A stretch of 64,000 nucleotides of DNA from positions 32,001 through 96,000 of IMG/VR virus record IMGVR_UViG_3300030102_007626; one strand, 5' to 3'. Numbering within the stretch: position 1 is the stretch's first letter; each line of letters opens with the position of its first letter. This document shows, piece after piece, positions 50,369-59,032 of this stretch. A program made the position numbers and the translations under genes. The notes under the pieces are model-generated. The model saw only the letters and a program-made list of their open reading frames with translations. It was not told the origin of the DNA and searched no databases. Source of the DNA: a virus.

Positions 50369-52134
50369 TGGCATTAAATAACAATCAAATAAGTAATAAA
50401 GGATTTTGGTTAACAACCGATGAAGAAGGACATTGCTTTGATCAACCCCTATGTGAAGTTATAAAAGATATAACTAAAAATAAATCACTACTTGATTTAG
50501 GATGTGGCACAGGTGCTTACACTAAAGAATTGCAAACTACCTGCACCTCAGCTAAAGGGTATGATGGAAACCCAAACACCCCTAAAATATCAAATGGGTT
50601 ATGTGGTGTAGCAGATTTAACTAAAAAACAGGATTTTGATAAAGTAGATTGGGTTTTATCTCTAGAAGTTGGGGAACACATCCCAAAAGAATTTGAAGAT
50701 ATTCTTTTAGACAATATATGCTCTCATTCTACCAAAGGAGTAATTCTTAGTTGGGCTGTACCTGGTCAACCTGGGGATGGGCATATTAATTGTCAATCTA
50801 ATGAGTATGTTGTGAGTAAAATGTTAAGTAAAGGATTTGCTATAGATTGGGATTTATCTTTTAAGTTAAGAGAAAATGCTACTTTATGGTGGTTTAAAAA
50901 CACTGTTATGTGTTTTAAAAAACTTCCAACCCCTAAACACATTAATTCTATAGATAAAATAACATTTTGCATACCAAGCAAATCAAATTTAAGATACCTA
51001 AAAACTTGTATCCCATCAATTAGAAACAACGCTTATAGAAATGATCACGATATTATAATATTTGTTGATTCAGATGAAGATGGCACAGTTAAGTGGTTAG
51101 AGCAAGTAAAAAGCGAATATAATTTATCTTACTACGTAAATCCTAAACTAGGAGAAGAATTATATGGAATTGGAAGAGCATATGATTTTTGTATTAAAAA
51201 GTCAACAACAGATATTTTTATGATATTTCATGCTGACATGATTTTAGGTAAAAATGCTGATTTTGAAACATATAAATACTTAAAAGAAAAAACAGTTGTA
51301 TGTACAACACGTATTGAACCACCTTTACACCCAAATAACGGAGAAAAAGTATTAAAAGACTTTGGAATGTATCCTGAAGAATTTAAAGAAAAAGAATTCC
51401 ATCAATATATTAAGGATAGAGTAGAAAAGTTTTGGACTGGACCAACAGAAGGTATATTTGCACCTTGGATGATGTATAAAAAAGAATATCTAGAAATACT
51501 AGGTGGACATGACCCAATTTTACACTCGTGTAGAGAAGACTCTGATGTGTTCAATAGAATGCTACTTTCAGGATTTGAATTTATCCAAACATGGGAAGGT
51601 TTTGTATACCACTTTACAGGTAGAGGAGCAGGAAGTTTTGATGGTGATGAAGAAAGACATAAATTTTGGCAGCAACAAATGAGTAATTCAACTAAAGATT
51701 TTATTCGTAAATGGGGTCAAAATGTTAATCACACACCTATGATGAAACCAATTGTTTTTCCTAAATATGAAATAGGTATTGTAGTTGAAAACTGTACCCC
51801 TCAGTTACTAGAAGCATTAGAACCTTGGTGTAGCTACATTTATGTTGATATGGAAGAGTTTGTTATGTATTCTATAAAAGAACAAGAAAACAGTTCATTT
51901 AATATAGATAAAAGAGTTAGAGGGTTTGATCCAAATAAACATGTTATAAAAGATAATATTACTATTAAAGTAGATGGTAATACATTTAGAAATGAAGAAT
52001 ATAGACATATTCAAAATTTTTCTGCAATTATACAAGATAGTGGAGAAGTAGGTGAATTTGAGTTAGGTAACATAAAAATTCAAATAAATGATTTAACAAC
52101 ATACGAAAACGAACTAATAAAATATGAAAGATAA
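50368..52134 (+). CDS. SAM methyltransferase fused to a GT2 glycosyltransferase
   Basis: LDLGCGTG, SLEVGEHIP, GHIN; then FHADM, REDSD, VYHF. Confidence 0.8.
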   Translation: MALNNNQISNKGFWLTTDEEGHCFDQPLCEVIKDITKNKSLLDLGCGTGAYTKELQTTCTSAKGYDGNPNTPKISNGLCGVADLTKKQDFDKVDWVLSLEVGEHIPKEFEDILLDNICSHSTKGVILSWAVPGQPGDGHINCQSNEYVVSKMLSKGFAIDWDLSFKLRENATLWWFKNTVMCFKKLPTPKHINSIDKITFCIPSKSNLRYLKTCIPSIRNNAYRNDHDIIIFVDSDEDGTVKWLEQVKSEYNLSYYVNPKLGEELYGIGRAYDFCIKKSTTDIFMIFHADMILGKNADFETYKYLKEKTVVCTTRIEPPLHPNNGEKVLKDFGMYPEEFKEKEFHQYIKDRVEKFWTGPTEGIFAPWMMYKKEYLEILGGHDPILHSCREDSDVFNRMLLSGFEFIQTWEGFVYHFTGRGAGSFDGDEERHKFWQQQMSNSTKDFIRKWGQNVNHTPMMKPIVFPKYEIGIVVENCTPQLLEALEPWCSYIYVDMEEFVMYSIKEQENSSFNIDKRVRGFDPNKHVIKDNITIKVDGNTFRNEEYRHIQNFSAIIQDSGEVGEFELGNIKIQINDLTTYENELIKYER

Positions 52135-52261
52135 ATTAAAAGAATATTTAAATAAATTAAATGTTGAGTTAGTTATGAAAGATAGACTTGATGGCTGGCA
52201 TGTAAAATGGTTACGTAAAAAAATAAAAGAAATAAAACAAAAAATAAAAAGATGCGATTAA
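52124..52261 (+). CDS. 45-aa hypothetical protein
   Basis: Hand-translated MKDKLKEYL...; fills the gap. Confidence 0.45.
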   Translation: MKDKLKEYLNKLNVELVMKDRLDGWHVKWLRKKIKEIKQKIKRCD

Positions 52262-52590
52262 TATTAGGATTATTATTTTTTCTAGGAGCACATTTAGTAA
52301 CATGGTTTCAATTAAATGGTCAATTTATTTGGAATTGGTTTGAAAAAAATAACTTTATACTTGCATTATTTGGTATACCAATCTCTTACCTATATATTTA
52401 TGGAACAAAATATACAGTAGAACATTTTGAAGGAATAATGTGGCCAGCTCGTTTTATTGGATTTGGTGTGGGGATATTAGTTTATGCTTTATTTGTAGGA
52501 ATATTTTTTAAAGAAGGTATTACATTAAAAACCCTAACTTCTCTTTTGTTGTCTTTATCTTTAATATTTATACAAGTATTCTGGAAGTAA
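52252..52590 (+). CDS. Four-TM small membrane protein
   Basis: Hydrophobic helices. Confidence 0.65.
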   Translation: MRLILGLLFFLGAHLVTWFQLNGQFIWNWFEKNNFILALFGIPISYLYIYGTKYTVEHFEGIMWPARFIGFGVGILVYALFVGIFFKEGITLKTLTSLLLSLSLIFIQVFWK

Positions 52591-52603
52591 AAAATATATT
52601 AAT

Positions 52604-52990
52604 ATGAAGGAAACAAAATTAAAAGAGGTTATCCAAAAATTAGGTAAAGGTATTAGTATAAAAATGAGTAAAAAAAGTATTAAAAACCAAGAAGATAAAT
52701 TTTTACTAGAGTTAATTGAGCATCTTTGTGAAATAGAAGCTCTAACAATGGGTGTTAGTAAAGCAGGAGTTAATCTATTTGAATATGAAGAAAAATATTT
52801 ATTTATTATAAAAAGTCTCATAGATAAATTATATGGAGAAAAAAAAGGAAATATTATAATCTGGTGGGTATTTGAAAGTATAACTGGAGATGATAAAATA
52901 TTACCTATAGTTGATGAAGATGAAAAAGAACATATAGTTAAAACACCAAAACAACTAGTAAAATTTTTAAAACGATATGATGAAAAATGA
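52604..52990 (+). CDS. Hypothetical protein
   Basis: 128 aa. Confidence 0.6.
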   Translation: MKETKLKEVIQKLGKGISIKMSKKSIKNQEDKFLLELIEHLCEIEALTMGVSKAGVNLFEYEEKYLFIIKSLIDKLYGEKKGNIIIWWVFESITGDDKILPIVDEDEKEHIVKTPKQLVKFLKRYDEK

Positions 52991-53222
52991 AATATGTGTT
53001 AAATGTAAAAAACCTATTAATCCATTAAGACTAAAAGCCCTACCAGGAACAAAAGTTTGTGTTAAGTGCTCTACAGTTGGGGCAAAAAGTGGGGTACCTG
53101 TAATGTTTGGATCAAAAGACCATACTTGGACTGATTTAGTAATTATGGAAGAGGATGAATTTAAAGCATTTAAAGAAAGAGAAAAAAGTACTAATAAGGG
53201 ATTTGATAAACTAAATGACTAA
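52977..53222 (+). CDS. DksA/TraR C4 zinc-finger protein
   Basis: CVKCKKPINPLRLKALPGTKVCVKC. Confidence 0.75.
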   Translation: MMKNEICVKCKKPINPLRLKALPGTKVCVKCSTVGAKSGVPVMFGSKDHTWTDLVIMEEDEFKAFKEREKSTNKGFDKLND

Positions 53223-53595
53223 AAAACCTGACCAAATTGTAGACAATCCAGGCATAATGCCTTACACTACAAATGTAGGTGCTCCTGCTATACAAAAAGA
53301 AGACATTGAAGTATGGAAGCAACGAAGTGTTATCAAAGTAAATCACCAATTTAAAACTAGATTTGAAGAATTAAAAGAACAATATAAACAGCTTATTGAA
53401 GAAATTGATTGGAACGATTTAGTTTATAATTCAAAATATTCTTTTGAACCAATAGTAGGAGAAGTGTATTATCTTTATTATAATACTAAAGAAGAAGAAT
53501 TTCTATCATTAATATCACCTAATGAGTGGAATAAACAATGTATTGGAGCTTTTAAATTAGATAGTAATCAAAAATGGGTAAAAACTAATGGCTAA
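53215..53595 (+). CDS. DUF2452-like protein
   Basis: PYTTNVGAP, FEPIVGEVYYLY, FLSLISPNEW. Confidence 0.6.
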   Translation: MTKKPDQIVDNPGIMPYTTNVGAPAIQKEDIEVWKQRSVIKVNHQFKTRFEELKEQYKQLIEEIDWNDLVYNSKYSFEPIVGEVYYLYYNTKEEEFLSLISPNEWNKQCIGAFKLDSNQKWVKTNG

Positions 53596-54241
53596 ACCAA
53601 AACCTATATCAAAAGAAATGTGCCTAGCAGCAATGGCTAAAACTAAATCTGTATTAGCAGCTGCTAGATATCTAAATTGTTCGTATCAACATTTAAAACC
53701 TTATATGAAATCATATAAGGATGAAGAAACAGGTTTATCATTATTTGAATTACATAAAAACCAAAGTGGAAAAGGTATACCAAAGTTTATGAGTGATACC
53801 CCATTTGGTAGAAAATCACCTGCAATTGATGATATAGTAAACGGTAGAGCAGATGCTTCATCTTTTAATTTAGAAAAAGTTAAATTTAAAATGATTGAAG
53901 CTGGGTATTTATTAGAACAGTGTTACCATTGTGGTTATGATGAAAAGCGAGATATAGATGGTAAACTACCATTACTAATGTTTTTTAAAGATGGAAATAA
54001 AAATAATTTTCAAGATGGTAATGCTCAAATGTCTTGTTATAATTGTTATTTTTTAAACATTGGTAAAATATTCAATGAAAAAGATATTGAAAAACTAGAA
54101 GGACATTCAGTTGTATATAATACAACAGACGCTTCAGATTTTCAATTAGATGATTATCATAAAAAGAAATTAAATGAATTAGGAGAATGGAAAGATAAGG
54201 TAGATGAAGACCCCTATTCATTAGTTTCAAGAAAAAAATAA
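53588..54241 (+). CDS. HTH plus degenerate HNH/Zn-finger protein
   Basis: AAARYLNCSY; CYHC...FFKDGNKNN...CYNC. Confidence 0.6.
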   Translation: MAKPKPISKEMCLAAMAKTKSVLAAARYLNCSYQHLKPYMKSYKDEETGLSLFELHKNQSGKGIPKFMSDTPFGRKSPAIDDIVNGRADASSFNLEKVKFKMIEAGYLLEQCYHCGYDEKRDIDGKLPLLMFFKDGNKNNFQDGNAQMSCYNCYFLNIGKIFNEKDIEKLEGHSVVYNTTDASDFQLDDYHKKKLNELGEWKDKVDEDPYSLVSRKK

Positions 54242-54254
54242 TATTTATAACCGA

Positions 54255-54410
54255 ATGAAAAATAAAAAGCACAATAAATTAGTTAAAGAATATGACAAAC
54301 AAAAAGAACGTCATTTAGAAAAATTAGCTAGTAAAATGCTTAAAGATGATGAAAAGTTACAACAATTAAAAGGAAAAAATATTAATCCTAAGTTTTTAAA
54401 TTTATTTTAA
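54255..54410 (+). CDS. 51-aa basic protein
   Basis: Hand-translated MKNKKHNKLV...PKFLNLF; ATATTTATAA at 54241. Confidence 0.55.
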   Translation: MKNKKHNKLVKEYDKQKERHLEKLASKMLKDDEKLQQLKGKNINPKFLNLF

Positions 54411-54411
54411 A

Positions 54412-54750
54412 ATGGAAAGTATGGCAACTGAAATTAGTGTTTTAAATGCTGAAGAATTTGAACAGTTAATACATGATAAAGATATTCGTATTGCTAAAGG
54501 TTTAGTTAATACTATTTTAAAAAATTTAAAAAAACCAAAAAAACATTATCACGCATTAACTATTTTAGTAGTTCAAGAACAAACTGTGTATGACATAACA
54601 GTTGAAAAAAAGGAATTTTTAAATACTCTAGAAACTAATTTGCCTATTTTTGAAAAACAGGAAATGTATGAAGAGTGTGCTGAAATTGTAAAGGCAATAA
54701 AATATATTAAAAATAAGCCTAAAAGAGGAAGACCAAAAAAACTTGGATAA
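54412..54750 (+). CDS. Hypothetical protein (UVR-like helix plus KRGRPKK)
   Basis: EKQEMYEECAEI; AT-hook-like tail. Confidence 0.6.
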   Translation: MESMATEISVLNAEEFEQLIHDKDIRIAKGLVNTILKNLKKPKKHYHALTILVVQEQTVYDITVEKKEFLNTLETNLPIFEKQEMYEECAEIVKAIKYIKNKPKRGRPKKLG

Positions 54751-54788
54751 GTAAAAATTTCTTTGTATGTTTTTATAAAATTAAGGTT

Positions 54789-55217
54789 ATGCCATTATTT
54801 GAGTTTTCAAATTTAAACAAGTACGGAAATTTAAGAACTAGATTAGTATATAGAGAAAGTTCCCAATTTAAATTTTATCCAAAAGGATTAGGAAGGTTTG
54901 TAGGTGTGAAACGTTTTAAATATGAATATGTTCACCCATATATGTCTCCTGCTTTACTTGATATAGGAGATAAAAAATACCTTGTACCTGATTGGAAAGA
55001 AGTGGACCCAAACACTACACTAGATGATATTAATTGGGTTAAACCTACCAAACCAGAACCAAAAGTAGAACCTAATTTATTTAAATTTAAATCAAGTTCT
55101 AGTGATGCTGTATACACAGTAAGAAAAATAATGGATAGTTATAAATGTAATTGTCCTGGGTATTGGAGGTCTAAAACTAGGGAATGTAAACATATTAAAG
55201 AATTAAAAAATAAATGA
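54789..55217 (+). CDS. SWIM zinc-finger protein
   Basis: YKCNCPGY...ECKHI. Confidence 0.75.
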   Translation: MPLFEFSNLNKYGNLRTRLVYRESSQFKFYPKGLGRFVGVKRFKYEYVHPYMSPALLDIGDKKYLVPDWKEVDPNTTLDDINWVKPTKPEPKVEPNLFKFKSSSSDAVYTVRKIMDSYKCNCPGYWRSKTRECKHIKELKNK

Positions 55218-56278
55218 AAAAAATTATAATAACCTGCTTATACTTTTTATGCTTAAATATTTTTTCTCAAACAGAAAATCTTATAGTATATGATCACATA
55301 GAATCAGGAGACTGGGGGGGTAATTGGATTTCTTCAATACCCACTACAGGGAATTACCCAAATGTTTCTGTTTCTCCCCCTAATAGTACTGTGCTATATG
55401 GAGCAGGATCAAATACTCCTGAATCTGATATATATGAACTACCTAATATATCTGTAAATCCATTAAATCAACATTATTTTTGGATGGAACTTTCAGCTCA
55501 AAACTTTACTAATTTCTTTGGTTTAATGGATGCAGGATTAGATACTAGTGATTATGTATTAATCCAATTAAGTACAGATGGTGGCATAAATTACTTTGAT
55601 GAGATTAAAATTACTGGAAGGGAAAATGCTATTTGGGATTATAATAATGGTTCATTCATATCAAAAAATAGTAATGGTGTTCTTTCTACTTATTCTCCTT
55701 CTGGTGGTGGGGATAGAACACTATTAGGAGATGGTTATTGTGCAGTAGAGCTTTATATACCACAAGGGGTTTCTGATATATCTTTGAGAATACAAGTCCA
55801 AGCAAATACTCTAGGTGAAGATTGGTGGCTAGACAACTTTGAATTATGGGAAATTGAGGAAATTTCTCTGCCTGTTGAGTTATCTTCCTTTACAGGAAAT
55901 TCTTACCCTAATTTAAACCTAATAGAGTGGACTACCCAATCAGAATATAATTCAGATTATTTTTCTCTAGAAAAGTCAATTAATGGGGTTAACTGGGAAG
56001 AAATAACTCAGATTTCTGCTGCTGGGACTAGTAATGAAGAAATAGGATATTCGTTTAATGATTATGACTTACATTCTATATGTTATTATCGTTTAATTCA
56101 ATATGATATAGATGGGTTATATGATATGTTTGGACCTATTGTTGTTCAAAGAACAATAAAAGAAAGAAAAATTATCAAATGTTTTAATTTAATGGGTCAA
56201 GAAGTAGACATAGTAAAATCTAAAGGGGTTATTATTATTGTTTATGATGATGGAACATTAATTAAAACTATTAAATAA
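55214..56278 (+). CDS. Secreted Bacteroidota-type protein with LPVEL domain and T9SS-like tail
   Basis: Signal peptide; LPVELSSF..WTTQSEYNSDYFSLEKS..YYRLIQYDIDG; FNLMGQEV..YDDG. Confidence 0.7.
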   Translation: MKKIIITCLYFLCLNIFSQTENLIVYDHIESGDWGGNWISSIPTTGNYPNVSVSPPNSTVLYGAGSNTPESDIYELPNISVNPLNQHYFWMELSAQNFTNFFGLMDAGLDTSDYVLIQLSTDGGINYFDEIKITGRENAIWDYNNGSFISKNSNGVLSTYSPSGGGDRTLLGDGYCAVELYIPQGVSDISLRIQVQANTLGEDWWLDNFELWEIEEISLPVELSSFTGNSYPNLNLIEWTTQSEYNSDYFSLEKSINGVNWEEITQISAAGTSNEEIGYSFNDYDLHSICYYRLIQYDIDGLYDMFGPIVVQRTIKERKIIKCFNLMGQEVDIVKSKGVIIIVYDDGTLIKTIK

Positions 56279-56296
56279 AAATTAAAATAAAAATAA

Positions 56297-56413
56297 ATGA
56301 GTAAAAATTCACCAAAACAAAGACTTATAACATTTAAAAACTGGCTATCTACAGTTAAACCAATGAAAGTTAATAAAAATAAAAAGAAAAAATTAGTTAA
56401 GCAATTTAAATAG
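56297..56413 (+). CDS. 38-aa basic peptide
   Basis: Hand-translated MSKNSPKQRL... Confidence 0.45.
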   Translation: MSKNSPKQRLITFKNWLSTVKPMKVNKNKKKKLVKQFK

Positions 56414-56417
56414 TATT

Positions 56418-56729
56418 ATGTACATTATTGGAATATCCCTTATAGGATTGCCATTTTTAATCAGAGCAATTCAATTTAGAAAATTTTTAAAAAGTATTAC
56501 TAAAGTATGTCATATTTATGATTGGAAACATGTTGATGAAAATGGTGATCTTTTATTAGAAATTATTAAAGATAATTATTGGGAAAAAGCAGAGTGGTCA
56601 GCTTATAATTTTTTATATTTAAAAGGTCCTAGCCCCTTCAAAATGTTTTTTTCATTTAAAGCTCTAGAATTAAAAAGTTTTTATGATGAAAAGATTATTG
56701 AAAAAGTAAGAAAAAAGGTAGTAAAATGA
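56418..56729 (+). CDS. Membrane-anchored hypothetical protein
   Basis: N-terminal TM segment. Confidence 0.55.
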   Translation: MYIIGISLIGLPFLIRAIQFRKFLKSITKVCHIYDWKHVDENGDLLLEIIKDNYWEKAEWSAYNFLYLKGPSPFKMFFSFKALELKSFYDEKIIEKVRKKVVK

Positions 56730-57400
56730 AATTATTAGAGATTTATCTTAAAGAGGTCTTGATAAATGAAGTATGGAGTGAAATAGAAGAGTCACTTCAA
56801 ATTGATGAAGCCATAACAGGTAAATTATCTTCACTGTTAAAACAAGCAGATAAACTTATATTTGAACCCTTTGGTATTACAAAAGATGACCATAAAAAAT
56901 ATCTAGTATCTGGGTCAGGTAGATTGTATTTATATCCTGCAATTAGAAAAGCATTTGAATTAACTGAACCAGGTGATTTAGATCTAGTAATTCCAGGAGA
57001 ACAAGAATGGGCTAACTTAAAAAAATATCTACAAAAAAATGGTACTTGGGAAAAATATAAATCAAATTATGAAAAAGGTATCTACAGACCTACAGGTGAA
57101 ATAGAGGCATTTAAAGATTGGAATCCACCAGGGGTAAGTGTTGCTTCAACAGATCAAATATTAGCAAATAGTAGTGTAGTAGATGGTTATAGCTTTATGA
57201 GTTTTAGAGATATAGTTGATTATAAAATTAAACTTTCTAGACCTAAAGAAGAAAAAATCACTAAACTACTTCTAAAATACAGAAATGAAACTACCCCAGA
57301 AGCTAAAGAAGAAATAATTAATGGGATTCTTAAATTAGTAGGAAAAGAAGATACAGAAGAAAATGAACAAGCAGTAAGAGATTTATTTGCTACTGATTAA
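56726..57400 (+). CDS. Leader plus nucleotidyltransferase-fold protein (putative)
   Basis: MKLLEIYLKEVLINE; VSGSGRL...PGDLDLVI; YKIKLSRPKE. Confidence 0.55.
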   Translation: MKLLEIYLKEVLINEVWSEIEESLQIDEAITGKLSSLLKQADKLIFEPFGITKDDHKKYLVSGSGRLYLYPAIRKAFELTEPGDLDLVIPGEQEWANLKKYLQKNGTWEKYKSNYEKGIYRPTGEIEAFKDWNPPGVSVASTDQILANSSVVDGYSFMSFRDIVDYKIKLSRPKEEKITKLLLKYRNETTPEAKEEIINGILKLVGKEDTEENEQAVRDLFATD

Positions 57401-57460
57401 TTCTTCTTTGGTAATCTAAAGATTTTTTCATATATTTTAATAAATAAAAATTTTTAAAAA

Positions 57461-57625
57461 ATGAAAAAATTAGAAAAATATTACCCTTTATTATTAGCAT
57501 TTATTAGTTTTATATTTTCAGTTAGTTTATGGTTTGGGGGTTATAAAGAAGAAGGAATGTTTGTTGGTATATGGGTACCATCAATTTTAGGATTAGCAAC
57601 TTTTTTTAATACATTAAAAAAGTAA
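57461..57625 (+). CDS. 54-aa two-TM peptide
   Basis: Hand-translated ...GMFVGIWVPSILG...; promoter TTGG-N19-TATATT at 57408. Confidence 0.55.
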   Translation: MKKLEKYYPLLLAFISFIFSVSLWFGGYKEEGMFVGIWVPSILGLATFFNTLKK

Positions 57626-57629
57626 AGTT

Positions 57630-57827
57630 ATGGATATATTAATATTTAGTATTGGTTTCTCTATATTTGTTACATATATGTTTTTTCTGTTGAGAATGAT
57701 TAATAGATCACATAAATCACAAGAAAAGGCACAACTTAAGTACAACTATAAAAGAATGAATCGAGAAATTCATGCCATCGAGAGCATGCGAGCAAGGCAT
57801 AAAGAGATGAGTAAGGAGGAGAAATAA
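57630..57827 (+). CDS. Single-TM small protein
   Basis: N-terminal TM segment. Confidence 0.55.
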   Translation: MDILIFSIGFSIFVTYMFFLLRMINRSHKSQEKAQLKYNYKRMNREIHAIESMRARHKEMSKEEK

Positions 57828-57834
57828 AAGATAG

Positions 57835-58032
57835 ATGGGATTTATAATATTTTTTGTTGGTTCTGTAGTGTTTATTTCTTATATGCTTTTTTATGGATTT
57901 TTTGAAAAACAAGAAAAAAATAAAAATAAGAAAATAAAAGATGATGACAGCATAGATTATGATGGTCATGGTAATTGGGGTAGATTCCCACCAAAAAAAT
58001 ATGAAAAAAAGAAAAGAAAAATTAAAATATAG
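57835..58032 (+). CDS. Single-TM small protein, similar N-terminus to 57630
   Basis: IFxxGxxxFxxYMxF pattern shared. Confidence 0.55.
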   Translation: MGFIIFFVGSVVFISYMLFYGFFEKQEKNKNKKIKDDDSIDYDGHGNWGRFPPKKYEKKKRKIKI

Positions 58033-58168
58033 CTTTAAAACATTGGAATATTATCCTGCTAAAGATCATTGTCATTATAGTGGATTACCATCTCCTTTAG
58101 CTTATATAGAAAATAAAAAACATGATAAAAAGTTTATTAAAAAAAGTTCTGATTTGGAAAATAATTAA
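58001..58168 (+). CDS. Small protein with CHYSGLPSP motif
   Basis: Start revised to the ATG at 58001. Confidence 0.45.
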   Translation: MKKRKEKLKYSFKTLEYYPAKDHCHYSGLPSPLAYIENKKHDKKFIKKSSDLENN

Positions 58169-58198
58169 AAATTTAGGAACAAATAAAAACAGAATATT

Positions 58199-58291
58199 AT
58201 GAATGGAATAGAATATGTAGGAGTTGTTTTTGGCATAGTCGCTCTAATTATAGGGATTAAGGCATATAACTGGAATAAAAAAAATAAATGA
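58199..58291 (+). CDS. 30-aa single-TM peptide
   Basis: Hand-translated MNGIEYVGVVFGIVALIIGIKAYNWNKKNK; ATGA coupling. Confidence 0.5.
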   Translation: MNGIEYVGVVFGIVALIIGIKAYNWNKKNK

Positions 58292-58509
58292 GCAAAGGGA
58301 GACCCTTAGAAAAGAAGATTACCACAGTTATTGTTTATAAAAAACCAACTGGAAAGAAATATTGGATGTTAACTACAGAAAGTGGAGTTGATGATATTAT
58401 TAATTCTAGAAAACGAGATCCTTTATTACCTAGTAATTATGAAATAATAGAAATAGGGATTGGTAAATCATTTATTGAGCAATATAAAAAACAATATAAC
58501 ATCAAATGA
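58288..58509 (+). CDS. Hypothetical protein
   Basis: 73 aa. Confidence 0.55.
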   Translation: MSKGRPLEKKITTVIVYKKPTGKKYWMLTTESGVDDIINSRKRDPLLPSNYEIIEIGIGKSFIEQYKKQYNIK

Positions 58510-58715
58510 AACAGTTTTATAAAAATGGTAATGAATATTATTTTGTTCATAGAGATATTAGGATTTCCCACTTTACAGATAAAAATGGAGTACTAAATAT
58601 GGATAATGTTAAAATATGGAGGGATGGGTTAAATGAAGTTGATCATGTTTTACGTACTGATTCTCACTTTTTGTTTGTAGAAACAATTAAAGATGCTCAA
58701 ATAGTAGAGGAATAG
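58506..58715 (+). CDS. Hypothetical protein
   Basis: 69 aa. Confidence 0.55.
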   Translation: MKQFYKNGNEYYFVHRDIRISHFTDKNGVLNMDNVKIWRDGLNEVDHVLRTDSHFLFVETIKDAQIVEE

Positions 58716-58740
58716 TTTTTTAAATTTTATTTTTGTATAT
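58709..58740 (+). promoter_or_regulatory. GGAA-N21-YGTATA promoter, copy 1
   Basis: Exact spacing shared by 7 copies. Confidence 0.65.
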
Positions 58741-58758
58741 TTCATTCAAATTTAAAGA

Positions 58759-58968
58759 ATGAAATTAGTTTTAAATAAAAAAGAAATTGAAGAACCTGTC
58801 AGAAAATTCATTGTATTAAATGAATACTGTCAGGTTTTTTGTGGACTTAAACATGGATTACCAGCATTTAGTGATAATATTGATGATGCTAAACCATTAG
58901 AAAACCAACGTCAAGTTGAAATGATCCAACGTGGGACTTTATTTAAATTAGAAAAAAGTTATCTTTAA
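58759..58968 (+). CDS. Hypothetical protein
   Basis: 69 aa. Confidence 0.55.
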   Translation: MKLVLNKKEIEEPVRKFIVLNEYCQVFCGLKHGLPAFSDNIDDAKPLENQRQVEMIQRGTLFKLEKSYL

Positions 58969-58969
58969 A

Positions 58970-59010
58970 GGAATAGAGTTTTAAAATAAGAGTTCGTATA
59001 ATATAGTATA
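58970..59010 (+). promoter_or_regulatory. GGAA-N21-YGTATA promoter, copy 2
   Basis: GGAATAG...TTCGTATAATATAGTATA. Confidence 0.7.
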
Positions 59011-59032
59011 AATTTAAAAAATAAAATAAGTT

